Of a stretch of DNA of 64,000 bases, positions 9,651 through 19,099 are shown piece after piece. Each line of letters opens with the position of its first letter. Position 1 is the stretch's first letter. A program made the position numbers and the translations under genes. Under the pieces are notes generated by a model. It was not told the origin of the DNA and did no database searches. It was given only the letters and a program-made list of their open reading frames with translations. This DNA is from Spirochaetaceae bacterium (GTDB lineage: Bacteria > Spirochaetota > Spirochaetia > DSM-2461): the NCBI GenBank assembly GCA_965224705.1, contig OZ245056.1, positions 864,001-928,000 of the forward strand, read 5' to 3'.

Positions 9651-9801
9651 GGACTACCTGTCAGAATGTGTGGGCAGGGGGAGGAATCGGAAGCTTAGCT
9701 AAGTCATGAAACAAAGCGATTTGCAGAACATTGAAGGTTCTAAAACCATAAGATTTTTTGTCTCGGAGCTTTAGAGCACCCACACATTCTGACAGGGAGC
9801 C
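9651..9801 (-). mobile_element. 151-bp internally deleted ISL3 derivative
   Basis: Inverted ends GGACTACCTGTCAGAATGTGTGGG / CCCACACATTCTGACAGGGAGCC; retains transposase tail KSYGFRTFNVLQIALFHDLAKLP..HTF*. Confidence 0.85.
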
Positions 9802-10197
9802 ATTTTCTTTTCTGAACGTACAGATCGTATCATGGTCGGGATGCAGGTTTCCGCCGCAGATATATCGAGCTTCCACATTGTTCCAGGTAGACTGCTCAAT
9901 CTTTCGGGAAGAAAACACGCCTGTCGCGTAACTGTAGATCAATAGGCAGAGCATCATTGTGGAGGAATACTGAGCTTTGCCGCTGCCTCGGGTATTGGTT
10001 TTGAAACCATTAAATTCAATGTATCCACTGCATCAATTATAAAATGAACAATACTGTCTTCTGACACCCAATCCTTCAGATCCGGCGGAAACAACATGGG
10101 TGTCTGGCGATCAAAATGAATAAATCTTGCTGACATATCCTCTCCTCCTAATGGGATTATATTAGAATTCTTATCAACCTTAAAACCCGACAGACTC
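9802..10197 (-). mobile_element. IS1182-family left end with frameshifted, truncated transposase (start 10136)
   Basis: MLFPPDLKDWVSEDSIVHFI then MMLCLLIYSYATGVFSSRKIE..HPDHDTICTFR; terminus GAGTCTGTCGGGTTTTAAGG. Confidence 0.88.
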
Positions 10198-11271
10198 CTG
10201 GTCGGCCAGGGATTGCAGGGCCTCTGCAAAAGGAGCTTTCAATATCCCTTTTTCACAAATTATGCCGGTAACCAGTTCTCCCGGTGTTACATCAAAGGCC
10301 GGATTCCATACCCTGACTCCGGCAGGCCCGGTTCTTTTTGCTCCAAAATTGCTGACTTCATCGGCATCTCTTTCTTCTATGGGAATGGCGGCACCGGAAG
10401 GAGTCGCCAAATCAACGGTGGAAAAAGGGCAGGCCACATAAAACGGAATATCGAAATGCTTTGCCAACAGGGCCAGTCCGTATGTACCAATTTTATTCGC
10501 GACATCGCCGTTGGCGGCAATTCTGTCCGTACCCACGAGAACAAGATCCACCTTTCCGGATGCCATCAAACTTGCCGCCATACTGTCGCAGATCAATGTT
10601 ACATCCATCCCGGCCCGCTGGAGTTCCCAACTGGTAAGCCTTGCCCCCTGCAGCAATGGCCGGGTTTCACCGGCATAGACTCTAAACGACAGGCCCTCCT
10701 GATGAGCAAGGTACAGGGGGGCGGTTGCGGTACCAAGAATGGATGTGGCAAGGCTGCCAGCGTTGCAATGAGTTTGAATACCCATGCCGTCTTTTACAAG
10801 AGGTCTGCCGGCCTCTCCTATGGCTCGGCAAAGATCCCTGTCCTGGCGGTGGATGGCCTCGGCCTCATTCTTGAGTAAATTGACTATCCCTACCGTATTC
10901 GCCCCACTTTCAAAGGCGGATATGGCCGTTCTCACCATGCGATTCAAAGCCCATGACAAATTGACCGCCGTAGGCCGCGAACTGCCCAGATAGGCCGCCA
11001 GTTGTTTCAGCCTTTTTAGAAACTGGCCAGCGGGAAGATTCCCGAATTTAAGGGCACCGATGTAAAGGCCATAGGCTCCGGCTATTCCAATGGCCGGAGC
11101 ACCCCGAACCTTCAGCCGTTTGATGGAATTCCAGACATCCTCAACCGATGTCTGTTCCTCCCGCACCACCTCAAGGGGCAGCAGCGTTTGATCCAGGAAG
11201 AAGAGATTTTCATTCTCCCAATACACCGACAGGACTTCCATTTTCTCATCTAGTTTCTGTTTCTTTGCCAT
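10180..11271 (-). CDS. mtnA: S-methyl-5-thioribose-1-phosphate isomerase
   Basis: LDQTLLP, VRGAPAIG, SRPTAVNL, THCNAGSLAT, ETRPLLQGARLT, NKIGTY, NPAFDVTP. Confidence 0.95.
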   Translation of the reverse strand: MAKKQKLDEKMEVLSVYWENENLFFLDQTLLPLEVVREEQTSVEDVWNSIKRLKVRGAPAIGIAGAYGLYIGALKFGNLPAGQFLKRLKQLAAYLGSSRPTAVNLSWALNRMVRTAISAFESGANTVGIVNLLKNEAEAIHRQDRDLCRAIGEAGRPLVKDGMGIQTHCNAGSLATSILGTATAPLYLAHQEGLSFRVYAGETRPLLQGARLTSWELQRAGMDVTLICDSMAASLMASGKVDLVLVGTDRIAANGDVANKIGTYGLALLAKHFDIPFYVACPFSTVDLATPSGAAIPIEERDADEVSNFGAKRTGPAGVRVWNPAFDVTPGELVTGIICEKGILKAPFAEALQSLADQESVGF

Positions 11272-11276
11272 ATACT

Positions 11277-12548
11277 TTATGAAATATCGTGCTTCTCCCT
11301 GAGCCTCTGCTGAAGTTTTACACACTGACCGCGGATTTCGTCAAAACCGGGTATCTTTTTATTTTCCATCAATACTTTGCCTGATACCAGCAATGTTTTG
11401 ACATCCCCAGCCGCCGCCGAGTAGACAAGAGATGAGCTGAGGTTCCAGAGAGGCGTCATCTGGGCTTCGCCTGTATCGACAAGCATGATGTCGGCTTCCA
11501 TACCGGGACGAATAAAACCGCCTCCGGTGCCGAAACGCTCCGCCCCTGCCTCAGTGGCAATTTTCAAAATTTCATGGGCAGGAAGGATGGAAGGATCACC
11601 TGTTGCCGACTTCTGCAGCAATGCCGCGAATTTCATCTCTTCCAGCATATCAAGATTGTTGTTGGAACCTGCACCATCGGTGCCAAGGAGTATTCGCACA
11701 TTTTTTTCTTTCAATCTTTGATAGGGAAATACTCCGTTTCCAAGCTTCATGTTGGATATGGGGTTATGGATAACCGTTACACCATGGTCGGCCAGAATAT
11801 CTACATCATCATCGTCGAGATGAACGGTATGGGCGGCCAGGAGTCTATCACTCAGCAGACCCAGGTCTCTTAAATACTGTACCGGCGATCTCCCCTCATT
11901 CTGTATACGGCAATCTTCAACTTCCTTCCGGCTTTCCGACAAATGAATGTGGACATCAAGATTTAAATCCCTGCTGAAGTCGCGTGTCCATTCGATGGAC
12001 TCCCTGCTATCAGCATACACCGAATGCAATGCCACACCGAGCTGGACACCAGCAGGCGGGCGGGATTCCTTGAAAAAGACCTCACAGTCCTTCCACATCT
12101 TTCTCCCATCATCGGGATTTATTCCATCAATAATCGGATAATGAATCATGCTTTTCAGGGGAATATCTTCCAGGGCCTTCAAGGCGATTCGGGGCTTGAA
12201 ATACATCTCGTTGAAAAAGCCCGTACCGCCGCGGATCATCTCGGCGATGGCCAGCCGATTCCCCCAGTAAAAATCTTCTTCCGTAAAGCTGTTTTCAAGG
12301 GGCCACATACGCTTCGTCAGCCAGTCCATCAAAGGCATATCATCACCGGCCCCCCGAAGAAGTACCATGGGAGAATGGGTATGGGCGTTCACCAGAGATG
12401 GGAGGGCGGCCGTTTCCCGTCCATCTATTATCTTGAGATCCTCTTCGTCCGGGGTGAGTTTATGCCCCACACTGTGAATCCTTGAACCTTCAATCAGGAT
12501 GTCTTGAATTTGACCATCCAGCAGAGTATCACGAATGAGTGTTTTCAA
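11277..12548 (-). CDS. mtaD: MTA/SAH deaminase-like amidohydrolase
   Basis: NAHTH, HIHLSE, AHTVH, HNPISNMKL, GTDGAGSNNNLDM; gene context. Confidence 0.8.
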   Translation of the reverse strand: MKTLIRDTLLDGQIQDILIEGSRIHSVGHKLTPDEEDLKIIDGRETAALPSLVNAHTHSPMVLLRGAGDDMPLMDWLTKRMWPLENSFTEEDFYWGNRLAIAEMIRGGTGFFNEMYFKPRIALKALEDIPLKSMIHYPIIDGINPDDGRKMWKDCEVFFKESRPPAGVQLGVALHSVYADSRESIEWTRDFSRDLNLDVHIHLSESRKEVEDCRIQNEGRSPVQYLRDLGLLSDRLLAAHTVHLDDDDVDILADHGVTVIHNPISNMKLGNGVFPYQRLKEKNVRILLGTDGAGSNNNLDMLEEMKFAALLQKSATGDPSILPAHEILKIATEAGAERFGTGGGFIRPGMEADIMLVDTGEAQMTPLWNLSSSLVYSAAAGDVKTLLVSGKVLMENKKIPGFDEIRGQCVKLQQRLREKHDIS

Positions 12549-13396
12549 GAGCCGAATCCTTTGCCGGAGGGGTCAACTGGAAGTATCCTGAGGAATTCGC
12601 GGATGAGCGCGGCAAATTTGGGCGTCACCTTTTTTCCTGTCTCAATCACCTCTTCTGAAGTAATCGGCTGATCCAGGATTCCGGCCGCTAAATTGCTGAT
12701 ACAGGAGATGCCTGCCGTCTGGATTCCGCAATGGGCCGCCGCGATGGCCTCGGGTACGGTCGACATGCCTGCCGTGTCTCCCCCCATTATCGCGGCCATG
12801 CGAATTTCGGCGGGGGTTTCAAAGGACGGACCTGTAAACCATGTGTACACACCTTCCTTGATTTCAACATCCTTGTTTGCCGCCGCGGTTCTGATCATCT
12901 GACGCAGATCCTCCGACCAGCAATAACTCATATCGGGAAATCTTGGGCCAAATCGTTCATCATTTTCGCCTATCAGGGGATTTTGTCCGGTCAGATTGAT
13001 ATGATCGGTGATCAGCATGAGATCGCCGGGGGAAAAAGACCTGTTGATGCCTCCCGATGCGTTGGTTAGAAGAAGCCGCGGACAGCCCAGAATTTTGAGC
13101 AACCGTATTGAATAGACAATATCGGCCATATCATATCCTTCGTAGTAATGGAACCGGCCCATCATAACCATCACACGGTGTCCTCCAAGCCTGCCAATCA
13201 ACAGACGGGAAACATGACCCGGCGCTGTAGAGACGGGGAATCCAGGCAGTTCTTCGTAGGGTATGGTGATGGAATCTTCCAGTTCTTCGGCCAGGGAACT
13301 CAAGCCGGAACCCAATACCAACGCGATATCCGGGCTTTGACCGCAGCGGTCTGTGATTAAATTACTTGCATTTTCCAAATTACGGTACATTTTCAT
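12545..13396 (-). CDS. Purine-nucleoside phosphorylase (trimeric, inosine/guanosine type)
   Basis: LVLGSGL, GRFHYYEG, TNASGG, GPSFETPAE, GMSTVPE. Confidence 0.92.
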   Translation of the reverse strand: MKMYRNLENASNLITDRCGQSPDIALVLGSGLSSLAEELEDSITIPYEELPGFPVSTAPGHVSRLLIGRLGGHRVMVMMGRFHYYEGYDMADIVYSIRLLKILGCPRLLLTNASGGINRSFSPGDLMLITDHINLTGQNPLIGENDERFGPRFPDMSYCWSEDLRQMIRTAAANKDVEIKEGVYTWFTGPSFETPAEIRMAAIMGGDTAGMSTVPEAIAAAHCGIQTAGISCISNLAAGILDQPITSEEVIETGKKVTPKFAALIREFLRILPVDPSGKGFGS

Positions 13397-13409
13397 TAAA
13401 AACCTAAGC

Positions 13410-13436
13410 GTCCGCCGCCGGAGAAGGCGGCGGGAC
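13410..13436 (-). terminator. GC-rich hairpin after the binding-protein gene (attenuator or mRNA stabiliser)
   Basis: GTCCGCCGCC-GGAGAA-GGCGGCGGGAC. Confidence 0.55.
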
Positions 13437-13444
13437 TATCTTGA

Positions 13445-14497
13445 TTACATGTTGGCTTCAGATCTGCTTTGAGGAACAATAACCTCGCCCGAAAGAATGT
13501 CTTTCTTTGCTTTTTTGACGGCATCCTTTACGGTGCTGGGTACGACTGAATCAAATTTATGGAAGGGAGCAATATCAACGGCATCTTCAGCAAGACCAAA
13601 AACGCTGTTGGTGCCGCCCTGAAAACTGCCATCGATAAAACTCTTGATGGTCAGGTACGCGGCCTGTTGTGTTCCCTTCAATGCCGAAGTAATAACGTAA
13701 TCGGGAGCCACCGAATTCTGGTCGATGTCCGCACCAATCGCCAGAATATTCTTTTCCTGTGCTGCCGTGAAGATACCCATGCCGGTCAAGCCGGCGATTT
13801 GTATCACAATGTCAGCATCCTGTTCAGCAAGCGCGATGGCGGCTTCCTTCCCCTTCGCCTGATCGGTAAAGGTTCCAGTAACCGCGGAGAGCACTTCAAC
13901 ATCGGGATTTACCGACCTGGCCCCTTCGGCGAATCCAACAAAATACCGTTCTACAGGCGGAATATCCATGCCAAGAACGGCACCAATGACGTTTTCGTCG
14001 TTGAGCTTGTCCGAACTATCGGCGTAGTCCTTCGTCATCAACCCGGCGACAATACCGGCCAGATAGCCGGATTCATGCTCTTTCCAGTTGATTCCAAGGA
14101 CGTTGGAAGGAACTGTAGCCGGATCGTAGAAAAGGTCAATTCCCGCGAACATCGCTTCAGGATAGTTTGGCGCTACCTCAAGAAGAGCATCGTGGAACAA
14201 AAAGCCTACGGCAAAAATGAGTTTTGCTCCATCATCAGCCAGCCCTGACAGATTCGGAACAAAATCGGTCATCGCGGCCGGTTCAATCAATCGGATCTCA
14301 ATCAATCCTTCATCCTCAGCCTTCTTCAGTCCGGCATAGACACCGTCGTTGAAGGAACCATCTCCAAGCCCATTGGCGTCCGTGGCCATACCGACGATGA
14401 GTTTCCCCCCTCCAGGTTCTGTCTCACCTGCTGCAAATACCATTGCTGCGGAAGCAGCAAGAAGTATAACCGTAAAAACTGTATGTATTTTTTTCAT
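13445..14497 (-). CDS. BMP/PnrA-family nucleoside ABC substrate-binding protein
   Basis: GLGDGSFN, EHESGYLAG, QIAGLTGMG, IGADIDQ. Confidence 0.9.
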   Translation of the reverse strand: MKKIHTVFTVILLAASAAMVFAAGETEPGGGKLIVGMATDANGLGDGSFNDGVYAGLKKAEDEGLIEIRLIEPAAMTDFVPNLSGLADDGAKLIFAVGFLFHDALLEVAPNYPEAMFAGIDLFYDPATVPSNVLGINWKEHESGYLAGIVAGLMTKDYADSSDKLNDENVIGAVLGMDIPPVERYFVGFAEGARSVNPDVEVLSAVTGTFTDQAKGKEAAIALAEQDADIVIQIAGLTGMGIFTAAQEKNILAIGADIDQNSVAPDYVITSALKGTQQAAYLTIKSFIDGSFQGGTNSVFGLAEDAVDIAPFHKFDSVVPSTVKDAVKKAKKDILSGEVIVPQSRSEANM

Positions 14498-14525
14498 ACA
14501 CCCCCCTTACCGGACAACGCCGGAT

Positions 14526-15497
14526 TTAATTCTTGTCAAAGATCGGATCAGATTTCTCGATTTGGAAATCATTTCCAAGTGCTTTTGGTGCCCTGGATTT
14601 ATGAACCAGCCCGGCAACTGCCAGCAGTGCGGCAACATACGGGAATATAAGGAATATTTCTGTTGGTACCCTGAATATTCCCAGTACCTGTATCCGTAAG
14701 GCCAGGGCATCCACCAATCCGAAAAAATACGAGGCCACAAGGCTGCCGATGATGGTCCAGCCGCCAGCAATGTTCGCGCCAAGAGCAATGAAACCTCTCC
14801 CTCCTGTCATGCCTTCGGTGAAGCTGTAGCTGTTTTCAATAGAAAGATAGGCTCCGGCCAGACCGCAAAGGATTCCGCTCAGAACCACGGCATAGTACCG
14901 AACCTTTTTTACCGAAATACCAAGGGTTTCCAGAGCTATGGGATGTTCACCGGCCGCGTTGATATGTAAGCCTAACCGTGTTTTTTTCATAACCCATATG
15001 AATAACAGCACAACTGCATACATCATGTATACAATGGGCGTTTGATTGAACAGCACTTGTCCCAATAGAGGAATCTTGCTCAGCAGAGGCAGGGCAAACC
15101 TGTATTCTGATAGTGAATGCGGTATAACTTCCGATGTGCCGGGATGACCATAGAACAGTACCATCAGGTATCGGGTTATGCCGAATCCCAGGATATTGAT
15201 AACCGCGCCGGAAACCACATGGTTAAGATGCAGGGAAATTGTTGCCCATGCATGGAACATGGCAAGCAATCCGCCAGCCGCCATGCCGGCCAGGACTCCT
15301 ATCCAGGGGTCGGCGGTTATCCATGCGGCCCAGGCGGCAAAGAACGCGCCCATCAGCATCATCCCCTCCATGGCTATGTTGATGATTCCGGACCGCTCGC
15401 AGATGGCGGCACCTATTGAGGCCAGAATAATCGGGGTGGACAGCCGGGTAGCCGCATGGAGGAAATCCGCATTAAACAGATCAAAGAAGCCTGTCAT
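14526..15497 (-). CDS. Nucleoside ABC permease
   Basis: ERSGIINIAMEGMML, AAGEHP, GRGFIALGA; start re-assigned to MTGFF. Confidence 0.9.
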   Translation of the reverse strand: MTGFFDLFNADFLHAATRLSTPIILASIGAAICERSGIINIAMEGMMLMGAFFAAWAAWITADPWIGVLAGMAAGGLLAMFHAWATISLHLNHVVSGAVINILGFGITRYLMVLFYGHPGTSEVIPHSLSEYRFALPLLSKIPLLGQVLFNQTPIVYMMYAVVLLFIWVMKKTRLGLHINAAGEHPIALETLGISVKKVRYYAVVLSGILCGLAGAYLSIENSYSFTEGMTGGRGFIALGANIAGGWTIIGSLVASYFFGLVDALALRIQVLGIFRVPTEIFLIFPYVAALLAVAGLVHKSRAPKALGNDFQIEKSDPIFDKN

Positions 15498-16702
15498 CCC
15501 TTCCTCCTGAAACAGGAGAAGACATGCCGGGCAAGAATCAGGAAGAGTATCAAACCTTTGATAATCTCGATAATGGATGTGGGTGTTTGAATGGTTCTTG
15601 CCATGTACTGTCCACCGGCATCGATGGCACCCCAAAGAAGGGCGCAGAAAACAACCCCGATGGCCGATGTTCCGGCGAGCAGGGCAACGGCAATTCCGTT
15701 CCATCCGTATCCGGCATTCAGATTCTCGAACATCTTGTGATCCAGACCCAGAACCTGGGTGGTGCCCGCAAAGGCGGCAAGTCCGCCGGATATCAGCAGG
15801 GTGATCATGATGATATACCCTACACGTATTCCCTGTGTCCGGGCAGCATCGGGATTCAAACCGACCGCCCGGATTTCAAAACCAAGACGCGTTCGGTAGA
15901 GTATGTGCTGTACCAGGACTGCCGTGACAATGGCGATGAGAATTCCGATGTGCAGGCGGTAGTTGGTTTCCGGCATGAATGTTTTGAATTTCATCAGCCA
16001 GGTTGATTCCCGCACGGGATCGGTAATGTACGCGTGAGTAGAAAGTGCCGGATCGCCGCCGTTGAACCGGATAAACATGGAAGAAAGTGTGCGTGCCACG
16101 TAGGCCAGCATCATGGTTGTTACCACCTCATGGGCACCTGTTTTCACTTTGAGGATCGCGGGGACGGCGTTGTACGCGGCACCGGCCATAGCGGCAAGAA
16201 AATAGATTAAAGGAATAACAGCAAGCGGGGGCCAATTCAGCCTGATACCAAGCCATGTGGTGGCCATTGCGCCGATGTAATATTGACCCTCAGCACCTAT
16301 GTTGAACAAACCGCATTTGAACGCGAACGATATGGAGAGGCCCGTGAATATCAAGGGCGTCGCGTTGAGTATGGAAACATGCCAGTTCTTAACGAGCCCG
16401 CCGTATATCATGGCTCCGAAGGATGCCAGCGGACGGTAGCCAGTGATGAGCAGGAGTATCCCGCCGACAAAAAAAGCAAGCAGAACCCCGGCCAATGGGT
16501 AGCGGACAGCCGTGACTCCTCTTGAAAACGAGCCAGCAAGAGCGGTCCGGCCATGTTCCAGATATTGGTTAAAAAGCCACAGGCAAACCGCGGCAGCAAG
16601 GAAAACCAGACCGATATGCCTGCTCCCCATGTACAGCACAGTACCGATGACGGCAAGGAGACTCGCCGTAATTCTCAACGCCTTAGGCATAAACCGCTTC
16701 AC
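15494..16702 (-). CDS. Nucleoside ABC permease
   Basis: GLFNIGAEGQ, HEVVTTMML, GFEIRAVGLN, GYGWNGIAVALL. Confidence 0.9.
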   Translation of the reverse strand: MKRFMPKALRITASLLAVIGTVLYMGSRHIGLVFLAAAVCLWLFNQYLEHGRTALAGSFSRGVTAVRYPLAGVLLAFFVGGILLLITGYRPLASFGAMIYGGLVKNWHVSILNATPLIFTGLSISFAFKCGLFNIGAEGQYYIGAMATTWLGIRLNWPPLAVIPLIYFLAAMAGAAYNAVPAILKVKTGAHEVVTTMMLAYVARTLSSMFIRFNGGDPALSTHAYITDPVRESTWLMKFKTFMPETNYRLHIGILIAIVTAVLVQHILYRTRLGFEIRAVGLNPDAARTQGIRVGYIIMITLLISGGLAAFAGTTQVLGLDHKMFENLNAGYGWNGIAVALLAGTSAIGVVFCALLWGAIDAGGQYMARTIQTPTSIIEIIKGLILFLILARHVFSCFRRKG

Positions 16703-18224
16703 TTCCCTCCCCGCCGGTCATATAATAACCCACCTCTTTTCGGCTTGCTTCTTCCCTTTTGAATTCCTTGTGGATTCGGCCCTCAAACATCACCAGAATA
16801 CGATCCGACAGGTTGAAGATTTCCTCAAGCTCAAGTGATAGAAGAAGAATGCCGATGTCACGATCCCGCATGGCGATCAGCTGTCCATGAATATACTCTA
16901 TCGCGCCGACATCAAGTCCCCTTGTCGGCTGGGAAATGAGGAGGAACTTCGGTTCCCTGTCGAATTCCCTTGCCAGTATAACTTTTTGCTGATTTCCGCC
17001 GGAGAGGCTTTCTGCCCTCAGCCGGGGGCCGCTTGTAACGATATCGAACCGCTCAATAAGATCGACCGCCTTGTCTTGAACAGCCTGCCGATTGATATGG
17101 CCATGCTTGACCAGGGATTCCCTGTATTGATTGCCGAGAAGAACATTCTCCGATATGGAAAACGGCAGAATCAGGCCGTCCTTCTGCCGGTTGGCCGGAA
17201 CGTAACCTATGCCTCTGTTTATACGGCTCATAACACTCCATTTGTTGATGGGTTCTCCATTCAAACAAACGGTACCAGATCGAATTCGGCGGGTTCCTAC
17301 CACAGACTCGGCCAGTTCTTCCTGTCCATTCCCGGCCACCCCGGCAATGCCGACAATTTCACCCGGCCTGACATGGAGCGACACGCCGCTGACCGCGGGA
17401 AGTCCGCGGTTATCCATAACCTCAAGGCCGTTTATTTCAAAACACCGCTTATCAAGAACCTCGTGTGTCGTTCTTTCAAATTGAAGCAGGACTTCCCGGC
17501 CAACCATGTGCCTGGCCAGTTCCGCGGAACTGATTTCCGCAGTGGGGAACTCACCGGTAATACGGCCCTTCCTCAGAATATAAACCCGCTCTGAAATGGC
17601 CCTGATTTCTTCCAGTTTATGCGTTATGACGATGATGGAGACTCCCTGATCGCGGAGGTTTCTGACAACATTGAAAAAACCTTCTATCTCCTGGGGCGTG
17701 AGCACAGCAGTCGGTTCATCAAGGATGAGGATGCGGGCCTTTCTGTACAGGGCCTTCAATACTTCAACCCTTTGCTGCAGGCCCACGGTCAGGTCTCCAA
17801 CCAGACTATCGGGATCAATGTCCAGATGATAGCGCCGGGACAATTCCCTGATTTCCTGACGGGCTTTTTTATAATCGATGCCTATTCGTGTTAAGGGCTC
17901 AGCTCCCAGGATAATGTTCTGGGTTGTTGTGAGCGTTTCCACAAGCATAAAATGCTGATGAACCATGCTCAGGCCATTGGAAATGGCTTCCCGGGGAGAA
18001 GTGAACTTCGCCTCCTTGCCGTATAGCAGCACACGGCCCTGATCGGGGTGGTATAATCCGTAAAGAATGTTCATCAACGTGGATTTTCCGGCACCGTTCT
18101 CACCCAGGATGCTGATGATTTCTCCCTCAAAGAGTTTGATGCTGATATTCTGATTGGCCTGAACAGTCCCGAAACGCTTTGAAACACCTTGAGTTTCCAG
18201 AATGGCCTTTCCAATCGTATTCAT
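16683..18224 (-). CDS. Nucleoside ABC ATP-binding protein (two NBDs)
   Basis: GENGAGKST, VHQHFML, LDEPTAVL, LSGGNQQK, QPTRGLDVGA. Confidence 0.93.
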   Translation of the reverse strand: MNTIGKAILETQGVSKRFGTVQANQNISIKLFEGEIISILGENGAGKSTLMNILYGLYHPDQGRVLLYGKEAKFTSPREAISNGLSMVHQHFMLVETLTTTQNIILGAEPLTRIGIDYKKARQEIRELSRRYHLDIDPDSLVGDLTVGLQQRVEVLKALYRKARILILDEPTAVLTPQEIEGFFNVVRNLRDQGVSIIVITHKLEEIRAISERVYILRKGRITGEFPTAEISSAELARHMVGREVLLQFERTTHEVLDKRCFEINGLEVMDNRGLPAVSGVSLHVRPGEIVGIAGVAGNGQEELAESVVGTRRIRSGTVCLNGEPINKWSVMSRINRGIGYVPANRQKDGLILPFSISENVLLGNQYRESLVKHGHINRQAVQDKAVDLIERFDIVTSGPRLRAESLSGGNQQKVILAREFDREPKFLLISQPTRGLDVGAIEYIHGQLIAMRDRDIGILLLSLELEEIFNLSDRILVMFEGRIHKEFKREEASRKEVGYYMTGGEGSEAVYA

Positions 18225-18335
18225 CCTGGTACTAATACTATCCCCCGATGCCTCAAACTGTCAAATAAATTAAACACGGTAAATTTCATACGTTGGCAAT
18301 AACTTGGCATGAGTGATTCATCTGTATATGATTGA

Positions 18336-18989
18336 TTGATGCTGTATGGAAGGGAGCGTAAAGATGCTGCTGCGGCAATGCGGCGGCTCTATTATCAAAA
18401 TCTAACCACCTGCTCAGGCGGAAACATCAGCCTGCGGGTCGACAAGAATAGGTTCATCATCACCCCTTCAGGCCTGGATAAGGCGTTGATAACGGCCCGA
18501 AATGTCGCCGTAATGGTCTTTTCCGGCGAAAATCTTACCCCAAAACTCAAACCAAGTATTGAAACGTCGATGCATGAAATAATCCTTTCATCCCGCGCGG
18601 ACATCAATGCCGTTGTTCACGCCCACCCAAAACATGCCACTTTCTTTACGGCAGCCCAATCCCATCATATCCGCACAGACCTCATTGCCGAAGCCAGATA
18701 CCTGTTGGGAGAACCGGCCTTCGCAGCCTATGAATTGATGGGAACGACCGCTTTGGGAAACAGTGCTGCCGCCGCCCTTGCCCAAGGGGCTGTAGCGGTA
18801 TTATTGGAGAATCACGGCATCATCACCGTTGGTAAAACCCTTCTACAGGCTTTTGACCGAATGGAAGTGCTTGAATCTGCCGCGGAAATGACCTTGATGG
18901 CAGCACAGATTGGGGATATCTCCCCTTTGGGACCTTCACGGCTGAAGGAAATAGATGAAATGCATACGGGGGCTCAGGAGAAAGGATGA
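18336..18989 (+). CDS. Class II aldolase/adducin family (FucA/Ald2-like)
   Basis: SGGNIS, ITPSG, KPSIETSMH, VVHAHP, LLENHG. Confidence 0.88.
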   Translation: MMLYGRERKDAAAAMRRLYYQNLTTCSGGNISLRVDKNRFIITPSGLDKALITARNVAVMVFSGENLTPKLKPSIETSMHEIILSSRADINAVVHAHPKHATFFTAAQSHHIRTDLIAEARYLLGEPAFAAYELMGTTALGNSAAAALAQGAVAVLLENHGIITVGKTLLQAFDRMEVLESAAEMTLMAAQIGDISPLGPSRLKEIDEMHTGAQEKG

Positions 18990-19099
18990 CCGCGAATCAG
19001 GTGGTCCGTTTATTAAAAAACTAAAACGGAATGATGGGTGGTTCCAGACTACCATCCATCATGATCGTTTTTTAGTGCTCGCCGAAAAAGGAGTCGAAT

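Noticed and set aside
9661..9957. 98-aa ORF as a real gene
   Set aside because: Chance fusion of an IS1182 transposase fragment with the mini-ISL3
15498..15704. N-terminal extension of the permease ORF 14526-15704
   Set aside because: It overlaps the upstream permease; ATG 15497 has an RBS and a stop-start overlap
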